From positions 32,001 through 96,000 of IMG/VR virus record IMGVR_UViG_3300005573_000062: a DNA stretch of 64,000 bases. One strand, given 5' to 3'. Source of the stretch: a virus. The position numbers and the translations under genes were made by a program. A model generated the notes under the pieces. The model saw nothing but the letters and a program-made list of their open reading frames with translations. It was not told the DNA's origin and made no database searches. Positions 10,143 through 20,033 of the stretch are shown piece by piece; within the stretch, counting starts at the first letter, position 1; every line of letters begins with the position of its first letter.

Positions 10143-11603
10143 ATGTCAATAAATCCTAAAACAAAAGAAGATTTTATAGAATCGATGAAAAGTTTCATTG
10201 CTGATTATAATAGTAAGAATGGAACAAATATAGATATTCGGGATGGTACTGTTTTTAAAGATTTGATAATAGATAGCCCTTCAGTTGAATTTGAAAAAGT
10301 TTATAATGATATTACTTATGCTAGTAAATTATCTTCACTTGAATATTCAAATGAAATAGAAGATTCAGATTTAGATCTTATTGGACTTAACTATGGATTA
10401 ACAAGATTGGGATCTTCCATTTCAACGGTAGATGTTACATTTATAACAACATTCACTGAAGACGCTCCTCCTACTAATAATATAATAATAAATACCGGAG
10501 TTCAAGTTAAAGTTCCATCATCTGTAGGATCTCCAGAAATACAGTTCAAAACTATTGAATCAAAACAAATAGATTCATCTCGTCCGGACGACTATTTATA
10601 TACTGATTTTGATGGAACAATAAGATATGCAGTTACTGTAAAATGTGAATGTTTAACCCCAGGTTCTGTAGGAAATGTTCAAACTGGAGCGATAAAAGAA
10701 ATAATAACACCAATAGCTGGGATTGGAAAAGTTACTAATCCTTCTCCTGGAATAGGCGGTAGAGACGTTGAAAGTAATTCAGATTTTGCTAAAAGAATAA
10801 AAGGAAAGCTAAGTGGAAATTCTATTGGAACGGATTCTGGAATAAAAACACTCTTATATACAGACGAAAGAGTAAAAGATATTAATATTATAAGAGCAGG
10901 GGATTCAGACGCGATTAGAAATATATATGGAGGAGAAGTTGATGTCATCGTATTAAAGGAAGATAGACAAACATACAGTTTTCAGATCGAATATATAGAT
11001 CCTGATAAAAAAATATATTTTCCAATAAAGCCATATATAGATTCTCCCGATGAAGTAACAGTAACTGGTACACAATTGGGAAATCCACAACACAATTTTT
11101 CAGTTAATATTTACAAAGATAAAGGTATTTATAAAGATTCAATAAAAGATTCTTCTTATTTAACTTTTAATTCAAACGATTTACCTGATCTTAATAGTAT
11201 AGTTACAATTACATATCCATATGATAAATTAATAGTAGATCTTCAAGCGATTATAGATCAAAAAGAAAATCATATTATCGGATCTGATATTTTGATTAGA
11301 AAAGCATATAAAAAGAATGTTTTATTAACCTGTGAAGTCGAAATATATTCTGGTTATGATAAAAATAAGGTATCAGATAATATAAGTGATTCTTTGTCAT
11401 CGTATATACAAAATTTAAGTTTGGGGCAAAGAGTAGATTATTCGGATTTAATAAATGAACTTTCTAAAATTGATGGAGTAGATTCAATTACAATTGTTGG
11501 ACAAACATTTCCAATATATACAAAAAAGAATGAATATATTGTATTGAAGTCATTAGCTGTAAATATAGGAACTGAATTTTCTAAAACATATACATATGCT
11601 TAA
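10143..11603 (+). CDS. baseplate J-like protein
   Basis: LDLIG.NYGLTR, C...G..GNV..GAI, VTNP..G.GGRD.ES.SDF..R, G.VDV motifs. Confidence 0.9.
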   Translation: MSINPKTKEDFIESMKSFIADYNSKNGTNIDIRDGTVFKDLIIDSPSVEFEKVYNDITYASKLSSLEYSNEIEDSDLDLIGLNYGLTRLGSSISTVDVTFITTFTEDAPPTNNIIINTGVQVKVPSSVGSPEIQFKTIESKQIDSSRPDDYLYTDFDGTIRYAVTVKCECLTPGSVGNVQTGAIKEIITPIAGIGKVTNPSPGIGGRDVESNSDFAKRIKGKLSGNSIGTDSGIKTLLYTDERVKDINIIRAGDSDAIRNIYGGEVDVIVLKEDRQTYSFQIEYIDPDKKIYFPIKPYIDSPDEVTVTGTQLGNPQHNFSVNIYKDKGIYKDSIKDSSYLTFNSNDLPDLNSIVTITYPYDKLIVDLQAIIDQKENHIIGSDILIRKAYKKNVLLTCEVEIYSGYDKNKVSDNISDSLSSYIQNLSLGQRVDYSDLINELSKIDGVDSITIVGQTFPIYTKKNEYIVLKSLAVNIGTEFSKTYTYA

Positions 11604-12336
11604 TTTTATAACTAGATTTAATCGAAGAAAAATTCCATATAATAAAACAGAAATTAGAACTATCCCTAGTTCTGGACCTTATGTCATTAGACTAGAAGAG
11701 GTACCATTTAAAGAAGATCCTTCTTCGATTGACGTTGTACACAATATTCACTTCACAGAAATAACTACAAATAACCCACAATTAAATGAATTTTATGTGG
11801 ATTACACTTCAGCTTTTATATATTTTTCTTCTGAAAATGCAGGAAATCAAGTTACTATAAATTACAAAGGCATTGGAAGCTTGATAATGGCAGAAGATGT
11901 AAATGAATTACAGGACGCTGCACATACATTGGATGACCTTAAACTCGATAAGATAGTAGGAATAAATAATAATTTAATATTAATAGATTCAGATGGTAGC
12001 GCAATTAAAGATTCAAATGTTAATATTTCAGATTTAATTGTCACAGATCATAACTTATGGACGTCACAAAGAATTTATAATGAAATATATAAAATTAAAA
12101 AAATATATAAAGAAATCCCATCTGGAGATATTAATGGAACAAATCGAATATTTACATTACAACACACACCTATTATCGATAGTGAAAAAGTATATTTAAA
12201 TGGATTACTTTTAAAGTCTAAATCTTTATATCCTAGTGATTATGACTATGAAATCACAGATGTTACTATTAATTTTTCTAGCACAACTTTACCTAGAACA
12301 GGAGATAGCTTGATAGCGAGCTATGAATATATATGA
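11596..12336 (+). CDS. virion fibre/baseplate accessory protein (paralogue A1)
   Basis: Paralogue of the next gene; C-terminal E.PSG.ING.N..F.L...VYLNGL Ig-like domain. Confidence 0.6.
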   Translation: MLNFITRFNRRKIPYNKTEIRTIPSSGPYVIRLEEVPFKEDPSSIDVVHNIHFTEITTNNPQLNEFYVDYTSAFIYFSSENAGNQVTINYKGIGSLIMAEDVNELQDAAHTLDDLKLDKIVGINNNLILIDSDGSAIKDSNVNISDLIVTDHNLWTSQRIYNEIYKIKKIYKEIPSGDINGTNRIFTLQHTPIIDSEKVYLNGLLLKSKSLYPSDYDYEITDVTINFSSTTLPRTGDSLIASYEYI

Positions 12337-13034
12337 CTCCATTAAACTTCATTAAAAGATATCCAAGTAGAACTACTCCAATAGCTAAAAATGAGTACAG
12401 AATAGTGCCTTCTTCTTCTCCGTATGCTATTAGACTAGAAGAAGTTCCAGATAAAATACGAGAATTTTCTATCGACGGTTTTACTGTGGATACTGAAAAT
12501 CCTCCAGCTCCAAATAAATATTTTGTCGATTTAGATTTAGGAGTCGTATGGTTTAATTCTTATAACAGTGGTTCGAATGTAATTATTCATTATTGGGGCA
12601 CTGGAAGTATTGTAGCAGCTGAAGATGTAAACGATTTACAAGATGGAGTCACATATTTAGAAAATAGTTATGTTTCAAAAGTTATAGGAAATGAAAATAA
12701 TATTGTTTTATTAAATGATGAAGGTGGAATAAAAGGAAGTGAAAAGACATTTAATGACGACGGGATAACAGTAAATGATATTTGGTCAGCAAATAAAATA
12801 ATTCAAAGAGAAGTTTATGGAGAAAGACCTTCTGGAGAAATAAATGGGAGTAATATAATATTTGTTTTATTATATACGCCTATTGATGGAACAGAACGAA
12901 TATACCTGAATGGATTGAGACTAGAGAAGAACGAAGATTATACTTTAAACGAAAAAACTATAACGATGTCATACGCCCCTTCAATGGGGTCAAAAATAAT
13001 AGTTGATTATAAAAGGAGGTATTTAAATGGCTAG
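12333..13034 (+). CDS. virion fibre/baseplate accessory protein (paralogue A2)
   Basis: Shares PY.IRLEEVP, G.GS...AEDVN.LQD and the C-terminal domain with 11596-12336. Confidence 0.6.
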   Translation: MTPLNFIKRYPSRTTPIAKNEYRIVPSSSPYAIRLEEVPDKIREFSIDGFTVDTENPPAPNKYFVDLDLGVVWFNSYNSGSNVIIHYWGTGSIVAAEDVNDLQDGVTYLENSYVSKVIGNENNIVLLNDEGGIKGSEKTFNDDGITVNDIWSANKIIQREVYGERPSGEINGSNIIFVLLYTPIDGTERIYLNGLRLEKNEDYTLNEKTITMSYAPSMGSKIIVDYKRRYLNG

Positions 13035-14193
13035 AACACAAATTGACTTAGAAGTGCAATCTCTAGATCAATCTTTAAGTGGTTCTAAAATTAAAGACGG
13101 TGCTATTACTGATATTAAAATAGCATCAAATGCGAATATATCTACATCGAAATTAGCAGATGGAGCTAACTTTATATTAAAAAATGGAAGTGTTGCTTTT
13201 TCTGCTAATCAATCAATGGGAGGATATAAATTAACTAACTTAGCAGATGGTGTGAATTCAGGAGATGCTGTAAATAAATCACAGTTAGATGCTGTCACCT
13301 CGCTCATCCAGAGCATGGAGTGGTTATCCTCTGTATTATCTGTTGCTACTACTCCTCCAAGCAATCCTTCAACTGGAGATAGATATTTAATAAATGGAAC
13401 TGGACAGGGAGATTGGAGTGGACACGATAATCAAATAGCAGAATGGAGTGGAAGTTCTTGGACATATACGACTCCAACAACTGGAACATTTGTTAGTGCT
13501 GATAATGAACCTTCAAAATTGTATTTATTTGGTGGTTCAAGTTGGTCCGAAAAGTATTTTGAATCAACAACTGCATCTACTGGTTTAACGAAAGTTGGTT
13601 TTGATATAAGAGTAAATTCAACTCTTGCTGGTTCAGGATTGACTTTCGATTCTGGAATAATATCTGTTGGGGCAGGAACGGGTATTGTTGTTGATACAGA
13701 TAGTGTATCTGTTGATGTAGGTACTACTGCAAATAAAATAGTGCAGTTAGACAACAATGCTAAATTACCTGCTGTTGATGGTAGTCAGCTGATAAATATA
13801 AATGCAGCTACTCTCGATTCATTGGATTCAACTGACTTCTTGAGAACGAGCGCAAGTTCAGCAGTAAGTAGTGGATATACCCTCAGTATAAATAGTGGAG
13901 CTATACTAAATATACTTGGAACTTTACAATTAGGAGGAACAACTGTAACTGCTACTGCTGCTCAACTTAACGATCTTGGAACTATTGTGGTAAGAGAGAC
14001 CCCCAGCGGTCTTGTTAATGGTTCTAATACTGATTTTACATTAGCACACACTCCAAAATCAGGAACAGAAGAAGTATATCTGAACGGCTTACTCCAAGAT
14101 CCAACTAACGACTATACTATATCTACAAATACAATTACTTTCGTAGCAGCTCCTAAGACTGGAGATAAAATAAGAGTATCTTATAGATATTAA
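13027..14193 (+). CDS. tail fibre protein with DUF2793-like domain
   Basis: LTNLADG...DAVNKSQLD fibre motif; PP.NP.TGDRYLI..G.GDWSGHDNQIAEW; same C-terminal Ig-like domain. Confidence 0.7.
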   Translation: MARTQIDLEVQSLDQSLSGSKIKDGAITDIKIASNANISTSKLADGANFILKNGSVAFSANQSMGGYKLTNLADGVNSGDAVNKSQLDAVTSLIQSMEWLSSVLSVATTPPSNPSTGDRYLINGTGQGDWSGHDNQIAEWSGSSWTYTTPTTGTFVSADNEPSKLYLFGGSSWSEKYFESTTASTGLTKVGFDIRVNSTLAGSGLTFDSGIISVGAGTGIVVDTDSVSVDVGTTANKIVQLDNNAKLPAVDGSQLININAATLDSLDSTDFLRTSASSAVSSGYTLSINSGAILNILGTLQLGGTTVTATAAQLNDLGTIVVRETPSGLVNGSNTDFTLAHTPKSGTEEVYLNGLLQDPTNDYTISTNTITFVAAPKTGDKIRVSYRY

Positions 14194-14206
14194 TACGAGG
14201 TAAATC

Positions 14207-16945
14207 ATGGGTGGAACACAAATTAGAGGAGAACAGATATTAGATTCATCTATTACATCTGTAGATCTTCAAGATGGATCTATTATTCAATCAAAAATAG
14301 ATACATTGAGACCTGTTTCAAATAATAACAATACTATTAAAATAAAAGCTGGAATACTTAAGAAAAAAGATGGAACAGGAGCGATAAAATTCTCTGAAAC
14401 AAATACTTCAGCTTTTGATCCTGTTATTATAAGCGGTAATACAAGATATGATTTGGTAGGAATAGATACAACAGGAACTTTATCAATAATTAAAGGAACA
14501 GAAGGAAATCCAGGAAGTGTTCCACCCTATCCTCAAGATAAATTCATAGTAGCAGAAGTAAAAATAGATGAAACTAGTAATGTTATAATTTCTGATTCAG
14601 ATATTACAGATGTAAGAGCTTCTTTTGAAATAGACAATCCAAATTTTATCATACAAGGTGATACTTATATAAATATAAACGATACTGGGGATGGATATAT
14701 AAGTTTAGTTGAGGATGGAACTGAAGTTGTTAGAATAAACAATGGCAACGTCGGCATCGGGACGACGAGCCCGAATCAGAAATTAGATGTAGCTGGTTCT
14801 ATGAATCTTGGTGGTCATTTAATAATGCCAATAGGTGGATATAATATAAAATTAATTGGTAATAACAGTGGTTTGACTATTATAGGTGGCAATGCGTCAC
14901 ATACAGGAAGCAATATTGGTTTATACGGCTATCAACATGCATCTAATCCTAATATAATTACTTTTAATAGGGGAAATGGCTCAATATCAATTGAAGAAGC
15001 AAGATTTGATGCAAATGGGAATTTAGGAATTGGCACTGCTTCTCCTGGTGCTAAACTGGATGTAAATGGTAGCGGTTCTTTTAGCGGACAGATATACTCA
15101 AGCGGAACGGCAGGAAATTACTTTGCTGGTAATGTCGGCATCGGGACGACAAATCCTGCATATAAATTAGATGTTGTTGGTGATAGTAGGATAAGTGGAC
15201 AAGCAATAATAACAGGGACAGCGACAGTTCAAGGGAATGCTTTTTCCGTTGGTGGTTCTAACTTTGTTGTTAATGCCGGCAATGTCGGCATCGGGACGAC
15301 AAATCCTGCATATAAATTAGATGTTGTTGATAGTGTGAGAATTGGTAGTGGAGTTAGTGGAATTTATTTAACTAATGGACGTATTTGGAGTGAAAATAAT
15401 GCAATACAACTTGTAGGCAATAATGCTCCTGTATGGTTAGGAAATTCAGTAAATTCTCCTATTTTATCTATTGTATCTAATAACGTTGGGATTGGAACAA
15501 CTACCCCATCAGAAAAACTTGTTGTTGTAGGTAATATTAAATTAAGTGGTAATCTACTTTTAGGTGATGGTACCTCAGGTGATAAAATCTTAATAGCTAA
15601 CAATGCAGATACTAATAAACCTGCATTCAAATATAATGATACAACTAAAAAATGGCAGTATTCCAACGATGGTTCTACTTGGAATGACATAGGTTCAGGG
15701 AGTGGAGGTACTCCTGGAGGATCTAACGGACAAATTCAATATAACAACAATGGAGTATTTGGTGGTGCGTCTGCTCTTTACTACGATAGTGTTAATAATA
15801 GATTAGGTTTAGGTTTATCTAATCCAACTCATAAGTTTCATTTGACTTCAAGTGGAGATAATAAGGATATATTATTTATTCAAGAAACTACGGGTGGAGC
15901 TGGTAATACAGCTAATATTGCTTTCAAGACTAACCCTGGGACTGGAGATACGGATGCAGTAATGGGAAGAATAAAAGTCATAGATCAAGGTAGTTTTAAT
16001 GCAGATATGGCTTTTGAGGTAAAGGGAAATTCAACTAATGATCAAACTACAACTGAGGTTATGCGAATTACAAATGTGGGTCGTGTTGGTATAAAAACTG
16101 CAAGTCCTTCATATGATTTGCATGTAGCTGGTTCAGGTTATTTTAGTTCACTGTCTGCTAATAGTTTAGGAGCAACAAATTTAAATTTAACAAATCTGAG
16201 TTCAACTTGGTTTTATTTATCAAATAATACATTGACTTTAAGACCCACAAATCAATTTGTCAATAATTATTTAGTACTGGCAGCTGAATCTTCTTCAGCT
16301 ACAGCGGTTTTAAAGTTAACACAGAGTGCTTTTACGCGTGGTAATGATGCATATATAAGTTTGGACTCAGTTCTCACAATAAAAACTTCTCATTGGGGAG
16401 ATGTTGGTGCTCCTCCAGCCATGAGTTTTAATTTAGATACAACTTCATTTATTTACTTACGTAATGATCTGTATAGGGTTGGTATTTTTAATACTTCCCC
16501 AGTAGAAGCTTTGGATGTGATAGGAAATATTAAAACTGATTCTTCAGTTATTATTAACCCTACTCCAAATAATACAACAGCTTCAGGAACTCTTATAAAT
16601 GCCACTGCGGGTGAAAATCTAAGTGCTGGTGATATTTGTTATCTTAAATCAGATGGAAAGTATTGGAAAGCAAATGCCACTTCAAGTTCTACAATGCCTG
16701 CCTGTGTGATGGCTACACAAGCAATAAGTGCTAATACTACAGGTAAATTTTTAATTCAAGGTTATTGGAAAAATACCTCTTTAAGTTTAACGATAGGTGG
16801 TTTGATTTATATGTCAACAACTTCAGGTGGTATTACTCAGACTGCTCCAAATGCTACAGGAAATCAAATTCAAGTATTAGGATATGCTACTGCTTCAGAT
16901 ACTATTTATTTTAATCCGAACTTAATGTTGTTGGAGGTAGCATAA
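14207..16945 (+). CDS. long tail fibre with GNVGIGTTxP repeats
   Basis: About 8 (G)NVGIGTT.P..KL.V.G-type repeats, a PGGSNGQIQYN motif and a C-terminal AGENL.AGD..YL domain. Confidence 0.8.
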   Translation: MGGTQIRGEQILDSSITSVDLQDGSIIQSKIDTLRPVSNNNNTIKIKAGILKKKDGTGAIKFSETNTSAFDPVIISGNTRYDLVGIDTTGTLSIIKGTEGNPGSVPPYPQDKFIVAEVKIDETSNVIISDSDITDVRASFEIDNPNFIIQGDTYININDTGDGYISLVEDGTEVVRINNGNVGIGTTSPNQKLDVAGSMNLGGHLIMPIGGYNIKLIGNNSGLTIIGGNASHTGSNIGLYGYQHASNPNIITFNRGNGSISIEEARFDANGNLGIGTASPGAKLDVNGSGSFSGQIYSSGTAGNYFAGNVGIGTTNPAYKLDVVGDSRISGQAIITGTATVQGNAFSVGGSNFVVNAGNVGIGTTNPAYKLDVVDSVRIGSGVSGIYLTNGRIWSENNAIQLVGNNAPVWLGNSVNSPILSIVSNNVGIGTTTPSEKLVVVGNIKLSGNLLLGDGTSGDKILIANNADTNKPAFKYNDTTKKWQYSNDGSTWNDIGSGSGGTPGGSNGQIQYNNNGVFGGASALYYDSVNNRLGLGLSNPTHKFHLTSSGDNKDILFIQETTGGAGNTANIAFKTNPGTGDTDAVMGRIKVIDQGSFNADMAFEVKGNSTNDQTTTEVMRITNVGRVGIKTASPSYDLHVAGSGYFSSLSANSLGATNLNLTNLSSTWFYLSNNTLTLRPTNQFVNNYLVLAAESSSATAVLKLTQSAFTRGNDAYISLDSVLTIKTSHWGDVGAPPAMSFNLDTTSFIYLRNDLYRVGIFNTSPVEALDVIGNIKTDSSVIINPTPNNTTASGTLINATAGENLSAGDICYLKSDGKYWKANATSSSTMPACVMATQAISANTTGKFLIQGYWKNTSLSLTIGGLIYMSTTSGGITQTAPNATGNQIQVLGYATASDTIYFNPNLMLLEVA
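14750..15329 (+). repeat. direct repeats within the tail fibre gene
   Basis: GTCGGCATCGGGACGAC at 14750, 15134 and 15284; 49 bp identical at 15131-15179 and 15281-15329. Confidence 0.9.
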
Positions 16946-17958
16946 TGGCTATCTCTAAAATTGGTGGGGTATCTTTAAGTTCACTTTCTAAATTATTGGG
17001 TGTTCCATTATCAAGTATTACCAAAATTGGTGGATTTGATAAACAACCTTCTGTTTCTTATGAATGGGTAACTTATAACTGGGGAGGGAATTTAGGACAA
17101 TTTTGGGCTTGTTTTGAGCCTAACAGTAGGTATTTTTGGTGTTGTTCCCCAGGGACTACAGCTCTTAAAAAAGTAAATTATGATACTTTTCAAACGGTAT
17201 TAACTTATAATTTACCTTATACTGCAGAAATGGTATATGCGGGAGATTCAACTTATATATACGCAAAAAATTATAGTAATAATGTTTTTTTCAGAATTAA
17301 TAAATCAACAGGAGCAGTAACTACATTCAGTCAAGGAACTCCAGCTTATTTTTTAGTTGATAATTCATTAACATATATTTATTTAGATAGTAATATTACA
17401 GATAAAACAATAAAAGTTATATCAAAAGATACATTTTCTTTAGTTACTACAATAAATTTGAATGATTGGTACGGAGGATCTTTTGTATATGCTGGAGGAT
17501 ATATATGGGTTACAGGAGGGTCATCCCCTTCATATTTACGAAAAATAGATCCTTCAACTAATACTTTGGTAGCAACTTATACGATGCCATCGTCGTCATA
17601 TTCATCTACTATAAATAGAAGGAATGGATATTTGTATATACTTGGTTGGGGAGTTTCTGGAGTATATAAATTTGATATACAAAATTCCTCTGGGTCTGTA
17701 GAAGCAACAGGACCTTATAATTGGTTAGGTGGAACATTTTGGGAATTTGGAAATGATACTAATCCTATATTATGGTGTAGTAGAGCAAATACTTCAGCTA
17801 GTGTAATAGATTATTATGATTCTAATTCACATACTTTTGGGACTGTAACAACAGGAATAACAAGTAATCGTGTACAAGTTCAAAGTGTAAATAGCGATGG
17901 AGAAGTATTAGCATCTACAGATACAGGATATATTATTTTAAAAAGAAAAGTAATATAA
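16945..17958 (+). CDS. beta-propeller receptor-binding/fibre-tip protein
   Basis: N-terminal SKIGGV repeats; propeller blades (YIWV..KIDPSTNT.VAT). Confidence 0.6.
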   Translation: MAISKIGGVSLSSLSKLLGVPLSSITKIGGFDKQPSVSYEWVTYNWGGNLGQFWACFEPNSRYFWCCSPGTTALKKVNYDTFQTVLTYNLPYTAEMVYAGDSTYIYAKNYSNNVFFRINKSTGAVTTFSQGTPAYFLVDNSLTYIYLDSNITDKTIKVISKDTFSLVTTINLNDWYGGSFVYAGGYIWVTGGSSPSYLRKIDPSTNTLVATYTMPSSSYSSTINRRNGYLYILGWGVSGVYKFDIQNSSGSVEATGPYNWLGGTFWEFGNDTNPILWCSRANTSASVIDYYDSNSHTFGTVTTGITSNRVQVQSVNSDGEVLASTDTGYIILKRKVI

Positions 17959-17982
17959 ATATATTGTAAGGAGAAAAGTTAT

Positions 17983-18438
17983 ATGAAAATAAGAGTTGAT
18001 TCAAATGGAAATATTTTAGTAGTAGCAAGAGATAGTGAGACAGTAAGTGATTCTATAGCAATTCAAGATAATGAGGATTTATTACAGAATCCAGCTAAAT
18101 ATCAATATATAAATGGAACTTTGGTAAAAAGAAATTATGTTTCATTATCCACAAATAAAACAGATACTAATAACAACGGTATTCCTGATTGTTCAACAGG
18201 ATTAAATCATACTATTACTGCTACTTTTTATAATAGTGATGATACAATAGATACTACTGTTAATGGAACATTTAGTTTAATATTTTTAAACCAAGGCGGG
18301 CAGAGTAAAACTTACAGTATAACAATAACAAATGGAGTAGGAAGTATTGATTTGACTTCTGATTGGAGTGGAATTTATAGTATAATAGTTAATGATTCAA
18401 CGAGGTATTGTGGTGTGTTGTTTATAGAATTTATCTAA
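17983..18438 (+). CDS. fibre-associated protein (Ig-like C-terminus)
   Basis: AGGAG RBS; KYQYING.LV and Ig-like beta pattern; fibre context. Confidence 0.5.
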   Translation: MKIRVDSNGNILVVARDSETVSDSIAIQDNEDLLQNPAKYQYINGTLVKRNYVSLSTNKTDTNNNGIPDCSTGLNHTITATFYNSDDTIDTTVNGTFSLIFLNQGGQSKTYSITITNGVGSIDLTSDWSGIYSIIVNDSTRYCGVLFIEFI

Positions 18439-18456
18439 TAAAATTAAGGAGGTAAA

Positions 18457-18741
18457 ATGATACAATATTCATTTTCAAGAGTCGAGTTATTAAAAGATAG
18501 AACAACTAACAATGTAGTGGGTTTAATTACAGGAATGTCAGCTAATGATAGTGTTACGAATATGTCTTCCTATATAGATACCTCTTATAGTTTACCTACT
18601 CCTGTTGCATCATTAACGGATGATGAAATACGAAATATATGTTTGCAAATAGCTCAAGATAGTGGTTGGTATTCCATTTTGTATAATCAAATCCAATCTC
18701 TAAATAATCAACCAGTATCGACTTCAGTAACTGGAATATAA
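18457..18741 (+). CDS. small fibre-associated hypothetical protein
   Basis: AGGAGG RBS; shares a (S)L..PV.SL..DE segment with the next ORF. Confidence 0.55.
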   Translation: MIQYSFSRVELLKDRTTNNVVGLITGMSANDSVTNMSSYIDTSYSLPTPVASLTDDEIRNICLQIAQDSGWYSILYNQIQSLNNQPVSTSVTGI

Positions 18742-18752
18742 GGAGAAGAAAA

Positions 18753-19007
18753 ATGATAATAACTATAACTTTTACAGATAGTAAAGATGTTAATAATAAA
18801 ATAACCGGATTTACAGCTAATTTTTCAGCTACAGAAGACAGTTATACCTCAACTTCTTCTGTTAGTGTAACACTTAGCGCTCCTGTTGACTCATTGTCTA
18901 CCGATGAAAGAATAAAGGAATTGGATATGAATACAGTCATTAAATCGTTAAAAGACGATTTAGTAGTTAAAGGTGCAACCATAACTAAAATGACAATTTC
19001 TATATAA
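18753..19007 (+). CDS. small fibre-associated hypothetical protein
   Basis: AGGAG RBS; weakly paralogous to 18457-18741. Confidence 0.55.
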   Translation: MIITITFTDSKDVNNKITGFTANFSATEDSYTSTSSVSVTLSAPVDSLSTDERIKELDMNTVIKSLKDDLVVKGATITKMTISI

Positions 19008-19031
19008 ATAGAATAAGAATTAAGTAATATT

Positions 19032-19265
19032 ATGGAAAACAAAGAATTAAAAGATTTGTTAAAAGAAGCAAATAGTCAACTTCAATTAAAAGCTCGATTC
19101 TCATATAATATTAATGTATATATAAATTCAACTGGAAATGATGTAATAGAAATAAAAGAAGACATTTTTCCTACATGGTATTTTATTAGAGGAGATAAAA
19201 AGTATTGTAAAGAATTTTTAGAAGATATAGCAAAATTATGTGGTGTAGAAATTGAAATAAAATAA
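19032..19265 (+). CDS. hypothetical protein
   Basis: 77 aa ORF filling the operon. Confidence 0.55.
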   Translation: MENKELKDLLKEANSQLQLKARFSYNINVYINSTGNDVIEIKEDIFPTWYFIRGDKKYCKEFLEDIAKLCGVEIEIK

Positions 19266-19275
19266 GGAGAATATT

Positions 19276-19569
19276 ATGATAAAAAAGTTAGAAATGAAAC
19301 TAATAGAAATACTTATAAAAGCTAAAATTGGAGAATGGATAGCTAAATTATTTTCTAAGCTCAAAGGAAACAAAACTGAAATAGCTCTTGTCTTGTTTGT
19401 AATAATAAAGTTTTGTATCTATAGTAGTATAATTCCATCCCAATTTATTCCAGTTGCTAATAAAGTAGCAGAGTCACTTTATCCAATTATAGCAATATCT
19501 TTTGGTGATAAAGTAAGAAGATATTGGGAATCTCTAAAAAAAGTCGGAGATGAAATAATAAACAAGTAA
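19276..19569 (+). CDS. holin-like membrane protein
   Basis: 97 aa; LKGNKT followed by two hydrophobic segments and a charged C-terminus. Confidence 0.45.
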   Translation: MIKKLEMKLIEILIKAKIGEWIAKLFSKLKGNKTEIALVLFVIIKFCIYSSIIPSQFIPVANKVAESLYPIIAISFGDKVRRYWESLKKVGDEIINK

Positions 19570-19589
19570 TTTAAAATTGCTTTTTTATT
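19570..19589 (+). promoter_or_regulatory. candidate phage late promoter motif
   Basis: TTTAAAATTGCTTTTTTATT. Confidence 0.5.
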
Positions 19590-19608
19590 GAAAGTATTGG
19601 AGACAGAA

Positions 19609-20019
19609 ATGTCAAAATTTAATGAAACGATTAGAGGAATCGAGGATAGATTAGATCTTCTACAGGATAATATTCAAGCAATCAAAGATGATCTTAAGAT
19701 ACTCGATTCGATTTCTACAAAAATAGACGTTTTGACAGAACAAGTGAAAAGTCACGATATAATCTTAAATGGGAATGGGTCTGAAGGTTTAAAGTCAAAA
19801 ATTTCAAGGTTTGAAGAAATAATAAGCGTTTTGAAAGAAAAGATAGACAATATTGTCACTTTATTATTTGGAGACCTAAATAACGAAGGTATCAAATCAA
19901 AAATTAATCTTATAGATTTTAAGATAGGTCTCATATCTGCTATCGGCGGTGTAGCCGGTGCAGTAGCAGTCACGATAATGTCTGACACTATAGTTAATTT
20001 AATTAAAAAAATATTTTAA
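19609..20019 (+). CDS. coiled-coil protein with C-terminal transmembrane helix (lysis-associated?)
   Basis: ATG 19609 has a GGAG RBS (ORF track starts at TTG 19588); internal L.G...EG.KSKI repeat; hydrophobic C-terminal helix. Confidence 0.5.
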   Translation: MSKFNETIRGIEDRLDLLQDNIQAIKDDLKILDSISTKIDVLTEQVKSHDIILNGNGSEGLKSKISRFEEIISVLKEKIDNIVTLLFGDLNNEGIKSKINLIDFKIGLISAIGGVAGAVAVTIMSDTIVNLIKKIF

Positions 20020-20033
20020 TTTTAGGAAATACA

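Noticed and set aside
2409-11603. Extracellular contractile injection system or tailocin
   Set aside because: A neck gene and a full viral replication module are contiguous, with no host housekeeping context; this is a phage tail.
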